DNA of 64,000 nt from Mobula hypostoma (GCF_963921235.1 NC_086097.1:110548001-110612000), one strand, 5' to 3'. Positions 51,317 through 62,950 are shown, counted from the stretch's first letter. Made by a program: numbers and translations. The notes: a model not told the origin generated them from the sequence alone.

Positions 51317-51354
51317 CAGTCGACGTTTCAGGCTGAGACCCTTCATCAGGACTA
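51317..51354 (-). ncRNA. Minimal type I hammerhead ribozyme motif (Penelope-type), copy B
   Basis: Minus strand tagtc-CTGATGA-agg gtctcag cct-GAAA-cg-TC^gactg. Intact core, 3-bp stem II, palindromic ACGU minimal stem III, GUC cleavage triplet, stem I agtc/gact. Confidence 0.8.
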
Positions 51355-51495
51355 ACTGAAGGGTCTCAGCCTGAAACGTCGACTGTACCTCTTCCTAGAG
51401 ATGCTGCCTGGCCTGCTGCGTTCACCAGCAACTTTGATGTGTGTTGCTTGATTTTCCAGCAACTGCAGAATTTCTGTTGTTTATGGATTACTAAC

Positions 51496-51646
51496 CTTCT
51501 GCCACATCTTGATGAAGAAGAGCTCTTGAGAGAAGTTAAAATAAACATTGGTGTCATATGCATCATCCCCAGCATTTAAAATGGTCACATTCACAGAGAT
51601 GTTCTTCACTGCCCCCAGTGCCAGGAAAGTCTTGTGTCTATCAAAG
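51496..51646 (-). CDS. ITGA9: Integrin alpha-9-like coding exon (151 bp; extracellular leg region)
   Basis: Minus strand: tttattttcAG|C TTT GAT AGA...TGG CAG AAG|GTtagt. Encodes FDRHKTFLALGAVKNISVNVTILNAGDDAYDTNVYFNFSQELFFIKMWQK, which matches my recollection of human ITGA9 YLALGAVKNISLNISISNLGDDAYDANVSFNVSRELFFINMWQK. Length is 1 nt + 50 codons, ending in phase 0. Confidence 0.93.
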
Positions 51647-52059
51647 CTGAAAATAAAATTAGAAACACAAATGATAATGTTGAATTGTTCAAACTTCAAA
51701 GACTAGTTGTTGTTGGGATAAGTTGCTTGTTGTGACCTTTAATAACAAGTTTCTAAAGCTAAATTTGAATGCTTGGTGACGGCAATAACCATTAAACTGA
51801 CCCTATTCATGAGTGGCATGGTCATACAACAGTGCTGTAATCTCACTGCTCCAGAAACATGGTCCCAACTTTGGATTGTCCTCAATGAAGAGTTTAAATG
51901 TCCTTCCTAATTAATGTGTGTGCTTCTGGTGGGCTAAACTGCCCCTTTCCGTAAGTAAGCAGGTTTCATTAAATGCAATGGCTCTAATTCTGAAAATTGT
52001 AACTTGGAGCTAGCTTTAGAAACTTGTTTTTAAAATGCACAGGAAAAAAAATGGCTCTG

Positions 52060-53110
52060 TACCCCCCTCTGCAACTGGATCCTCGACTTCCTAACTGGGA
52101 GACCACAATCTGTGCAGATCGGAAACTGTAGCTCTACTTCGATGACAATCAACAACGGCGCACCTCAGGGATGTGTGCTTAGCTCACTGCTCTACTCTCT
52201 CTACACCCATGACTGTGTGATGAGGCACAGCTCAAATGCCACCTATACATTTGTTGACACCACAACTATTGTTGGCAGAATTTCAGATGGTGACGAGACT
52301 GCGTACAGGAGTGAGATATCAGTTAGTTGACTGGTGTCACAGCACCAACCTTGTACTCAAAGTCAGCAAGTCTAAAGAACTGATTGTGGAATTCAGAAAG
52401 GGTAAGATGAGGAAACACACAACAGCCCTCATGGAGGGATCAGAAATGGAAAGAGTGAGCAATTTCAAGTTCCTGGGTGTCAATATCCCTGAGGATCTAT
52501 CCTGGACCCAACATATTGATGCATCTACAAAGGCGGCACACCAGCGGCTATACTTCATTCAGGGTTTGAGGAGATTTGTTATATCACCAAACATACTCAC
52601 AAGTTTCTACAGATGCACCAAGAAGAGCAGTCTAACTGGCTGCATCTCTGTCTGGTATGGGGGAGATGGGGTAGCAACTGCACAGGATCGAAATAAGATG
52701 CAGAGAGTTGTAAAATTAGTCAGTTCCATCATGTGCACTAGCCTTCAAAATATCCAGGACATCTTAAAGAAGCCATGTCTCAAAAAAATGCAGAATCTGT
52801 CACTAAGGACCCCTGCGAGCCAGGACATGCCTTTTTTCAGTGCTACCATCAGAAGCCTGAAGGCACACACCCAAAGCTTCTTCCCCTCTGGCATCAATTT
52901 CAAATATGAACATTAAACCCATGAACACTACCTCACTACTTTTTAAAATTTTATCTTTGCACTACTTACTTAATTTAATTATTTTATATATATACTTACT
53001 GTGATTCATGCTTTTTCTCTCTATTATTATTGCATTGTACTGCTGCTGCAAAGACAACAGATTTCACGACACATGCCGGTGATATTAAACCCAATTTGGA
53101 TTCTGATTCA
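52060..53110 (+). mobile_element. Rex-Babar-type LINE, 5'-truncated
   Basis: [51 protein letters not shown]; gatattaaacc..attctgattc tail. Confidence 0.88.
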
Positions 53111-53784
53111 GAGAAGGCTTTGCAATCTCATTGAATAATTTCGAGAGGAAGTCAAAGTGAAGGGACGCAAGAGTTTATTTATCACTGAGAGGGACAGAAG
53201 GGGATGGAATTATTTTTGTCTGATAAATGTAAAGCAAGTTAGTGGTAGCAATAAATCTCCATAAGTTACAATACAAACTCCAATTTACTCAAATGAGCAG
53301 GTTAAACAGAAGACAAAGTTTTCTTCCCAAAAATGATGTTTACAACACTCTGCCTATTTAACACCGAGGTTTGATGTTCAGCATAAACTTCACGTATGTA
53401 CTTTACATAAAATATCCCAATCCATTCAATTTCAGGTAGCATGGAATTCACTGCATATTACTTTTGAATATACATATAGGTAAAAATTATTATCCCTAAT
53501 GTAGTCTTTGTTTAAAAAGTCCTTCTATTTCTCAAGGTTTTTCCCCACCCTTCCCTTCTATCTCACTTTCTTCATCTCACATACAAGCACACAATTCTTC
53601 CTCTCCCATTTCCTAAGAGTCCCCAGTTTAAGAGGCATGTGAAATAGTGAGATATTAATGGGGTGAACAAAAAAAAAGCAAAGAGAGATACTACTGATGA
53701 GGGTGTATATATTTGATAAATTATTGGTATATGTATTCATAGTATATGAATGAATATAGATCAGTTATCTCAGACTCTAAGAAC

Positions 53785-54395
53785 TCTGCTAAACTCATTA
53801 TTCCCACACTCCGCACCGCTCGGTTTTACCTCCTCCCCAAGATCCACAAGCCTGACTGTCCCGGTAGACCCACAGTTTCTGCCTGCTCCTGTCCCACTGA
53901 ACTTGTATCTGCCTACCTGGACTCCATTTTGTCACTCATAGTTCAGTCCCTCCCCACCTACATCTGGGATACATCCCATGCCCTCCACCTCTTTAATAAC
54001 TTCCAGTTCCCCGGTCCCGACCACTTCATTTTCACTATGGATGTCCAATCCTTATACACCTCCAGTCCCCATTAAGAAGGCCTCAAAGCCCTCCGCTACT
54101 TTCTGGATAATAGACCTCATCAGTTCCCCACCAGCACTACCCTCCTCCGGTTGGCGGAACTGGTTCTCACACTTAATAACTTCTTTTTTGGCTCTTCCCA
54201 CTTTCTTCAGACTAAGGGTGTAGCTATGGGAACTCGCATGGGCCCTAGCTATGCCTGCCTCTTCATAGGTTATGTGGAACAGTCTGTGCTCCAAACCTAT
54301 TCTGGTACTGCTCCCCAACTTTTCCTTCAGTACATTGACAACTACATTGGTGCTGTTTCCTGCACCCATGCTGAGCTCGTCAATTTCATCCTCCT
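53785..54395 (+). mobile_element. Penelope RT core fragment
   Basis: ARFYLLPKIHKPDCPGRP, FTMDVQSLYT, KGVAMGTRMGPSYACLF, QYIDN. Confidence 0.9.
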
Positions 54396-54594
54396 CATTA
54401 CTTGTCCAATCCAAGTTCTTGTAACTTTTGCTGTCTGAGACATTGAATATTATAAAGACTGACTTTTCAACTGAGAGGAAATTACTGATAGTAGAAATCT
54501 GAAATATTCAGAAATGAAATGTTCTGATCAAAAACCATAGACCTGAAACATTAACAGTTGCTCTCTCCATAAATTCTGACTGACCTACTAAATA

Positions 54595-55230
54595 TTTAGA
54601 ACATAGAACAGTACAATACAGGACACAAAATACTCTGCAGATGCTGGGTTCAAAACAACACTCACAACATGCTGGAGGAACTCAGCAGGTCGGGCAGCAT
54701 CCGTGGAAACGTTGACTGATCATTTCCACGGATGTTGCCCAACCAGCTGAGTTCCTCCAGCGTGTTGTGAGTACAATACAGGAACAGGCCCTTTGGCCCA
54801 CAATGTTGTACCAACTAATTAAAATAGTAATCAAATGGCTAACTAAACTAATCTCTTCTACCTACACAATGTCCATATCCTTCCATTTTCCTCACATTCA
54901 CATTTCTATCTAAATGCCTCTTAAAAGTCCCTAATGTATCTGCCTCTACCATTACCTCAGGCAGTGTTTTCCAGGTACCCGCCACTCTCTGAGTAAAAAA
55001 AATTTGCCCCTCACACCTCATTTGAAATTACTCCCTTTCACCTTAAATGCACACTCTCTGGCATTAGACATTTCAAGCCCTGGAAAAAGATATTGCCTGT
55101 CTACTCTATCTATGCCTCTGATAATCTTATAAACATGTATCAGTACTCCCCTCAGCCCCTGCTGCTCCAGAGAAGAAAACCCAAGTTCATCCAACCTCCT
55201 GTTGTAGCACATGTCCTTTAAAACAGGCTA
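54595..55230 (-). mobile_element. CR1 3' end (host of 54624-54769)
   Basis: RLDELGFSSLEQQGLRGVLIHVYKIIRGIDRVD; agaacatagaaca tail. Confidence 0.8.
54624..54769. mobile_element. Inverted pair of Penelope termini with 14-bp TSD
   Basis: AGTACAATACAGGA at 54610-54623 and 54770-54783; ~50-bp inverted arms. Confidence 0.85.
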
Positions 55231-57149
55231 ATTCCAGCATTTCTGTTTTTTTTTTCAGGTTTCTAGTGTTTGTTTTTCAATATATATTATTAGATTGCTA
55301 CATATACTCATGCAATGTACTGAGATATGCCAAGAAGCTCAAAATGGAAAAGTTGAGCTAATATGTTTTATCTGTAGCTTTACAGTGTAACAAGTGTTCA
55401 AAGTGTCAAATGAAACAGTAAGTGAAAGTTTTTTTAAAAAATCACTAAAAAGAGCCAAGCTCTTTTTTCTTATTTTTTTACTCTCCACTATGACCGGAAT
55501 TGTAATAAAAGTCTGAATAAATCTTCGTGATTGTAAGTAACAATGTGTATAATACATCTAAGTACAAGATGGGAAAATTGATTGGGCTGCTTTCCCAGCA
55601 AAACTAGAGTGAAATACAGTCAAAAGACAAACAGTCGCTGTTAAGGCAAACTCTGAGACCGAGTGTTTTCATTGAAGAGAACTGGCAGAACGACTGACTG
55701 GAAAATCTGAACATTGAAAGAATCAGTGGTTTTAGAGCTGGGTGGGGAGGGGGGGCAGAGTGTTATAAACTGTTTCTCCAAATTTTATGACACATGATGT
55801 GATTCAACCACAGAACATTAAACAGGTTTCCTCCCAACGTTTAAAGAGCCAAGTACTGGGTGAATGGAATACTTAGAACAGAGTTGCAATATCATAACTC
55901 CACAGTCCCTTAAACAGTCTACTTGCAGTTTTCAGTTATATGAAGTTGCAATTGAAGTTATTGATATTGCCTCAAAATTCAATTGGATAATTCTGTTTAC
56001 CAGCAATATGATGTCCACGCCCAAATGAAAACTTTTCCTGGAGGAAAACACACTTGCAATATTTTCAAGTATATTTCGCATCACTCCTTACATTGTTGAC
56101 AAAATGTGATTGGTTCTCACAACACAGGCATTTAATATGCATCCTAACCACCCCTCAAATGAGGAGGCAGCAGTGAATCTGGAATCCTATCCAGGGCCAA
56201 CCGGAGCACATTAGTAAACAAGAGGAGTTCCCACAACAGTTCCAGCAGTTTTGTGCTTATTGAGGTTGCCATGGTTCTTCTCAAATTCCACATTCATTTA
56301 GTTATTCCCCAGATGCATGTTCGGATTTAAATGGATGTTTCTGATTCACTGGCCCAGAACAATGCCTCAAAGTCCACTAACTTAACTACCGTGCTCCCAT
56401 GCTCACTTGAGATGAACCACACTTGTCTGCCATGTATAGCTCTTTCAATCCTGGCATGTGTTCCACATCAGGAATGGAAATTATTACTTTTGTTCTCATG
56501 CAACATGACTTTCTGAACTGTGGGGGGATATCCTAGAACGGGCACCAGTGTCTGCTGCAGTCAGTGAAGTGAATTCGTCCTTCACAGGAAATTAGTGAGA
56601 GCTCAACTGTCAAGACACCTGAGTATAACTCAGGGTTTAGCTTGTATCAAGGAGGGAAAAAAGGTCAGAAAGGGAATCCCAGTGTCAGTTGTTACATTTA
56701 GATTGTTCCAATACACAGACTCAGACTAAGTGATTGCAGACTGAGGACTGGTGAATTACTTACCTTTATCCTTTGGCTACCGAACTATACCTCCCCTCCC
56801 ACGAGCACACCCCCTCCTGATCCAACACACATATCACACCATCAAACCCTGTTCTAACCCTTAAGCCAATGGTCTGCAACACTGGATCTGGTTATTTTCC
56901 CAAAATGTCAAAAATGCCCATGCTGATCTTCTCCTACCTATCCCTGACTCTCTGCCCCCACCCTCACCTCCAATTCTTGGTCTCCCCATTCCATCACTGT
57001 GATCAACTCTTGGATCCACCCCACTCCCCCATGAAAGTGACAGAATTCCACTATTTCTTCCTGTTGATTTCCCAATCCTACCACCACGTGTATGAAAGAG
57101 TTTGACGTCAACACTAACTGAACCGATGCCTATTGAATTCCTGAGTCAA

Positions 57150-57555
57150 AGTAAGTTTCTTATCAAAGTACATATATACCACCAGAAAATACCTTGAGAT
57201 TCATATTCTTGCAGGCATTTACAGGAAATAAAGAAATACAATAGAATTAATGAAAAAGAATGTAAATAAAGACTGACAACCAATGTGCAAAAGAAGACAA
57301 ATTATGCAAATTTTTAAAAGGTGAACATTACTGAGAATATGAATTGTAGGGTCCTTGAAAGTAAGCCTCTAAGTTGTGGAATCAGTTTAGAGTTGCAGTG
57401 AGCAAAGTTATCTATGCTGGTTCAACAGCCTGATGTGTGTAGGGTAAATAATGTTCCTGAACCTGGTGGTGTGGGAGCTAAGACTCCTGCATTTCCTTCC
57501 TGATGGCAGCAGCAAGAAGAAAGCATGGCCTGGATAGTGGGAGTCTGTCATCAAC
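57150..57555 (-). mobile_element. Rex-type LINE 3' end
   Basis: HYPGHAFFLLLPSGRKCRSLSSHTTRFRN. Confidence 0.75.
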
Positions 57556-57559
57556 AGGC

Positions 57560-59020
57560 AGCACCAGATGGCATGGACCCCAGCAATGCCTGCCTTTTCG
57601 TTGGCTATGAGGAACAGTCCGTGTTCCAAACCTCCTCTGGTAATGCTCCCTAACTCTTTTTGCACTACTCTGACAATTGCATTGATGCTGCATCATACAT
57701 CCATGCTGAGCTCGTCAATTTCATCAATTTTGCCTCTAATTTCCACTCAGCCCTTAAATTCACTTGGTCCACTTCTAACATTTCTCTCCCCTTTTTCAAT
57801 CTCTCTGTCTCCATCTCTGGAGGCAAAATGTCTACCAATAGCTTTTTATAAATATACGGAATACCACAGATATCTTGACCATACCTGTTCCTACCCTGTC
57901 TCCTGTAAAAATGCAATTCTCTTTTCTCCATTCCCTTGTCTCCACCGCATCTGTTCCCAAGTGAGGCTTTCTTTTCCAGGACATCAGAGATATCCTTCTT
58001 CAAAGGACAGGGTATCTCTTCCTTCATCATCAAAGCTGCCCTCACTCACATCTCCTCCGTTTCCCAGACTCCTATGCTCACCCCATCTCCCCATCGCCTC
58101 AACAGGGTAGAATTCCTCTTGTTGTTACCTCCACATTCAACACTTTATTCTCCGCAACTTCTGCTACCTTCAGTAGGATCCAAACACATCTTTACTTCCC
58201 CTCCCAACTCTGCTTTCTGCAGAGATCACTCCTTTCATGATGCCCTTTTCTATTCATCCCTCCCCACTAATTTCTGTCCTAACACATATCTCTGCAAGTG
58301 ACAGAAATGCTACTCTTTCCCATTTACCTCCTCCCTTACCTATATTCAGGACTCAAACAGTCCTTCCAGGTGAGGCAACTCTTCACCTGTGAATTTGTTG
58401 AGATAGTCTATTGCACCTGGTGCTCCTAATGGAGCCTTCTCTAAACTGATGAGACCTGATGCAAGTTGGGGGACCGCTTTGTCAAACAACTCTGCTCCAT
58501 CTGCCAAAAGCATAATTTCCCAGTGGTCAACTATTTTAACTCCTATCCCCATTCCTGTTCCGACATGTTGGTATATTCCCTCCTCTTCTGCCACAATAAG
58601 GCCATTCTCAAGGTGAAGAAACATCACTTCATATTCCATCTAGGTGGCCTTCAACTTCGATTTCTCCTTCTGGTATTTTTTTTTCTTTTCCCCTTCCCTC
58701 TTATATTTCCACTCTGGCCTCTTTCTTCTTCTCCTCACTTGCCTATCACCTTCCCCTGATACCCCTCCTTTTTCCCTTTCTTCCATGGTCCCCTTTCCTC
58801 TTCTACCAGATTCCTTCTCCACCCCATTCCCACTCACCTGGTTTCATCCATCAGCTTCTAGTTTGTTCTCCTTCCCCTTCACCCACCTTTTTATTCTGGC
58901 ATCTTCCCCCTTTCTTTTTAGTTTGATGAAGCGCCTCGGCCCAAAACATTGCCAATTTATTTATTTTCATTGATGCTGCCCGACCTGATGAGTTTCTCCA
59001 GCTTTTTATGTGTGTTGCAT
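57560..59020 (+). mobile_element. Penelope-like element (RT C-terminal half + GIY-YIG + terminus), degenerate
   Basis: Colinear with 16630-18095: HAELVNFINFASNFHSALKFTWS, KHHFIFHLGGLQ. Confidence 0.85.
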
Positions 59021-59999
59021 CAGACAGCACATTAGCATTTCAGAAAATATGTATCTTTCAAATAACACCTCAAGCTTTTTGGAGCAAATTGAGGCCCAAT
59101 GACTTGGCAATCTACCACTGTACTCTTCTAGCTCAAGCACAAGGAGCAATGTGCAGGCAGGTAAGACTGCCAAAGGCAATACTCAAATATGGGATATGTG
59201 TCAATGTGGCAGGAAGAGTGTGAACTGCACTACCATTTACAGGCTGGATAGTTGTACATGTGCTATACAACTAGGTTCTCAATCCAGCAATTCACTAAAG
59301 AGCTTTAATTGGAACTCAAAACAGGCCAATATGAGAAATTTGAGCAGCTATGTGACAGAAAGCCTCATCAGGTAATCGATTTAAAAATCAGATTAATATG
59401 GTACGTCTGTGTGAAGCTTAACCTGAGCTCAATTGCTCCTTAAGTGTTACATTAGGTCATGTGGTCTCAACCCAAGAGAAATTCCCTTCATTTACTCAAC
59501 CCCTTCCTCCACCTTTACTGGTATCTAAACCAAACTTGTTTCTCTCTTTCCCAGTTCCGATGAAGTGCCCTGAAACATTAATTGTTTCTCTACGCACATC
59601 TGTTGTCTGATTTGCTGTGTGCATCAATCATTTTCTGCTTTTATTTCTGGTTTCCAACATCTGCAATCTTTTTGATTCCTAGACTTGGAAACCCACCAGC
59701 AACAATGACAAATACAACAAGTTCATGGAAAGACCATCACCTCCAAGTCAATTGCATCCTGACTTTGAAACAAATTGTTGATCTTTCATTACTACAATGA
59801 CAACCCAAAGGCTTTAATTCTCCATCTCATTTCCATTCTGACCTATCTATGGCCTCTTGCAGTGTTAGCTAAGACCTAATGTAACCCCATAGAACAGCAA
59901 CTCTCTTCCACCTGGATATGTTGCAGCCTTTTGCACTTAATAATTAATTCTACAACTTCAGGTAACTCTCTTTATCAGTTGGTCGCTACTGACTGCATC

Positions 60000-61030
60000 T
60001 GCTGCAAGTCATGTAGCATAGCCAGAAATTGGCAGGTATGACACTAAGTCATGGACCTTTCCGATATTTCATCCTCCACCTGATGCACATCTTCAAAGGC
60101 CAGTCCTTCACTTTCCTCACTTCCAGTAAGGATCAGAGTAATTCCCGACTCCAGACAGCGGATCCTGTTGTCTCCTACTCCAGTTCCAACACCCGGGACA
60201 CCCTCAGACCACGGTCCTTGTTGCCTCCCGCTCGGACCTCTATTGGATTGGATCTCGCTGACTCCAGTCCCGGCTCTGACTGCCCACGACACACCCGGAC
60301 CAGTGACACGATTGTCGGTACCACGAGCAGATCCAGACCTCTGACTGCACCACTATCAACTCCAGTTCGTATGAACCCCATCGCCTTCAGTCTGCAAATT
60401 GCACAGCCCCTAGTTCCGGTGCCAGCCTGGACTTCAGCCACCAGCATCTCCTGGCTGAGACTTTCCCCACTGCCACTGGACCCCTCTTCACCCACTACCG
60501 TTCTCCAGCCACCAGTCTCTCAGGCTCCACCTTCACCTCTTGGGTCTTCTGAGCCTCCATCTTCTTCCCACCCCACCTTCCCTGAACACCCCAACCCTCT
60601 CCCTTCCTTTGATTCCTCCAACTCTCTTCACTCCTCTGATCCAAGTTCTAATTCTTGCCGTGCCTTCACCATTCCCTCTGACCTTTCCCTCTCTGAGGCA
60701 GAACGTTCTGTCCTCAGCAAGGGCTTTACCACTGGCCCGTCCACCCGCACCTCAGCGAGTTCAGTGCACGCTATGACACCGAGCCCTTGGACACCCCTCT
60801 CTGGTTCTCTGCCTGCTCTGGATCTTTTCATCTCGAATTGCTGATGAGACATTGACCAGCTCAACTTCAGCACTCCTCTTTCCTCCTCAAGCCTTACCCC
60901 CTCTGATTCTGTCAGCTTCACCCTTCCTTTCCAGCCCCGAAGAAAGGTCTCGGCCTGAAACGTTCAACTACTTATTAATTTCCATTGATGCTACCTGACA
61001 TGCTGAGCTCCTCCAGAATTGTATGTGTAT
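60000..61030 (+). mobile_element. Penelope N-terminal (Pro/Ser-rich) region fused to a terminus
   Basis: FTIPSDLSLSEAERSVLSKGF...WTPLSGSLPALDLFISNC, then terminal unit with a decayed hammerhead at ~60935. Confidence 0.75.
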
Positions 61031-61329
61031 TACTTTTCGGTGTCTGGAATCTCTGTTCCCAGAAGCTTTTAGACTATCTGTGTGATTTATATTGTCCCAT
61101 CAAAGGTGTTTGAACATTCAGAGGCATCTCACACTGGAGTTATGCATTTCAAAGGAAGCATTGTTGACACAAGATATTGGAAGTACATCATATCATTGTA
61201 ACTATTGAAATTGTATTGAATCACCTGCTATTACTTTTGATCCTGAGGAGAATCCCAAGGCATTCTATACATATAGCAGCAGGATAACGAGTGAGATGGT
61301 AGAACCACTCAAGGATAAAGGGAGTGAAA

Positions 61330-62240
61330 AAAAAATGAGGTAGTGTTCATGGGTTCATTGTCATTCAAATTTCTGATGGCAGAGGGGAAGAAGCTGTTCC
61401 AGAATCACTGAGTGTGTGTCTTCAGGTTCCTGTACCTCCTCCTTGATGGTAGAAATGAGACGTGGGCATGTCCTGAGTGATGGGGTCCTTAACGATGGAT
61501 GCTGTGATGGTCTTCTTGAAACATCGCCTTTTGAATTGTCATCGATGCTGGGGAGGCTAGTGCCTATGATGGAGCTGGCTAATTTTCTGACTTTATACAG
61601 CTTTTTTCGATCCTGTGCAGTGACCCCTCCATATCAGAAGGCGATGCCACCGGTTAGAACGCTCTCCATGGTACATCTGTAAAACTTTGCGGTAGCCTTT
61701 GGTGACATACAAAGTCTAAAACTCCTAATGAAATATAGCTACTGTCATGACTTCTTTGTAATTCCATCAATATGTTGGACTCAGGACAGATTTTTAGAAA
61801 TGTTAACTCCTCGGGACTTGAAACTGCTCACTCTTTCACTGCTGATCTCTTGATGACAATTTGGTGTGTGTTCCCCTGACTTCCCCTTCCTGAAGCCCAC
61901 AATCAATTCCTTGGTCTTACTGACGTTAAGTGCAAGGTTGTTGTTGTAACACCACTCAATCAGCTGATCTATCTCGCTCCTTGTATGCCTCCTCGTCACC
62001 AGTACAGTGCAATACGCAATTACAAAAAACTATCATTTACAATAAGAAATAAATAGGTAGTGCAAAAAGACAGCAAAAAAAGTGAGGCAGTGTACATGGA
62101 TTCATTGTCCATTTAGAAATCTGATGGGATGAAGCTGTTTCTAAAAGCTTGAGTTTGTGCCTTCAGGGTTCTGTACATCCTCCTTGATGGTAACAATGAG
62201 AAGAGGGCATGTCCTGAGTGATTGTTCCTTAATGATAGAT
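61330..62240 (-). mobile_element. Rex-Babar-type LINE fragments (two 3' ends)
   Basis: [30 protein letters not shown]. Confidence 0.8.
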
Positions 62241-62269
62241 ACCCAATTCACCAGTGTGAGCAGGGCATG

Positions 62270-62950
62270 ACGAGGGGATACTCAGCAAAGCGCATGGCAC
62301 AACGCACAAGAACGGGGATATATGAAATTAATGTTTAGGCCATATCTGTGGTTTTGCATCCAATTCTGGTCACCTGATTTTAGGAAGGAGGTGACTATCA
62401 GGAACAATATGAGAAATGATTTAATAGAGGTGAAAGATTTTTAGTGTAGTACTGGAGTTATTCTCTCTGTAGCAAAGAGGAGGATATCTGAGGGAAATGT
62501 TCAAGACCGGTTAATGCATGATAAATAGAGGGATGATGAACCCAACAGTAGATGGACCATTGATCAGAAAATACAGACTTATTGCAAAAGAGGAAGAAAT
62601 GTGAGGAGAAAATGGATTTGTGTAGAGAATATCATGATCTACAAGGATATTCAGAAGGATGTTGCCAGGACTTAAAAAAACTCATATTATAAGGAAAGAT
62701 TGAGTACGTTAGGACTTTATTCCTTGAAGCATAAGGGAATCAGGGGACATTTGATATAGGTATACAAAATTATGAGAAATGCAGATAGGGTAGGCTTTTT
62801 CCACTGAAGTTGGGTGGTACTAGAGCTAGAGGTCATAGGTTAACAGTGGAGGGCTATGGTCCAAGTGCAGATCGATGGGACTAGGCAGAATAACATTTTA
62901 GAATGGACTAGATGGGCTGAAGGGCCTGTTTCTGTGCTGTAGTGTACTAT
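62270..62950 (+). mobile_element. Degenerate CR1 3' fragments
   Basis: CIQFWSP, RMLPGL..RLSTLGLYSL, gggctgaagggcctgtttctgtgctgt 3' end. Confidence 0.65.

Larger units (their letters stand above)
51145..51481. mobile_element. Penelope-terminus-derived insertion: two tandem copies plus one inverted copy, 14-bp TSD
   Basis: TATGGATTACTAAC at 51131-51144 and 51482-51495 flanks three copies of the gatgctgcctggcctgctg..ttc.ccagca unit found at the ends of Penelope fragments elsewhere in the window. Confidence 0.88.

Noticed and set aside
51239..51356. GTTAGT within the element (minus strand at 51356 and 51244), identical to the host donor hexamer
   Set aside because: Weak exonic context (TCA|GT) and only a 6-nt match; cannot be distinguished from chance.
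51357..51390. Third hammerhead on the + strand
   Set aside because: The core is incomplete (aactgaagggt instead of CTGATGAagggt) and the stem I 5' strand is missing.
51145..51440. Repeated ~90-110-bp units resembling a CRISPR-like or prokaryotic repeat array
   Set aside because: Eukaryotic intron, no unique spacers and no cas genes; the units are Penelope termini.
59985..60020. Candidate upstream ITGA9 exon (AAD motif on the minus strand; similar at ~56550)
   Set aside because: Translates LAADAV / TAADT rather than CAADLQL, with no matching flanks or splice sites.
60029..60844. 271-aa Pro/Ser-rich ORF as a novel host gene
   Set aside because: It runs into Penelope RT N-terminal motifs (LSEAERSVLSKG) and has an antisense relative at 725-1150, so it is TE-derived.
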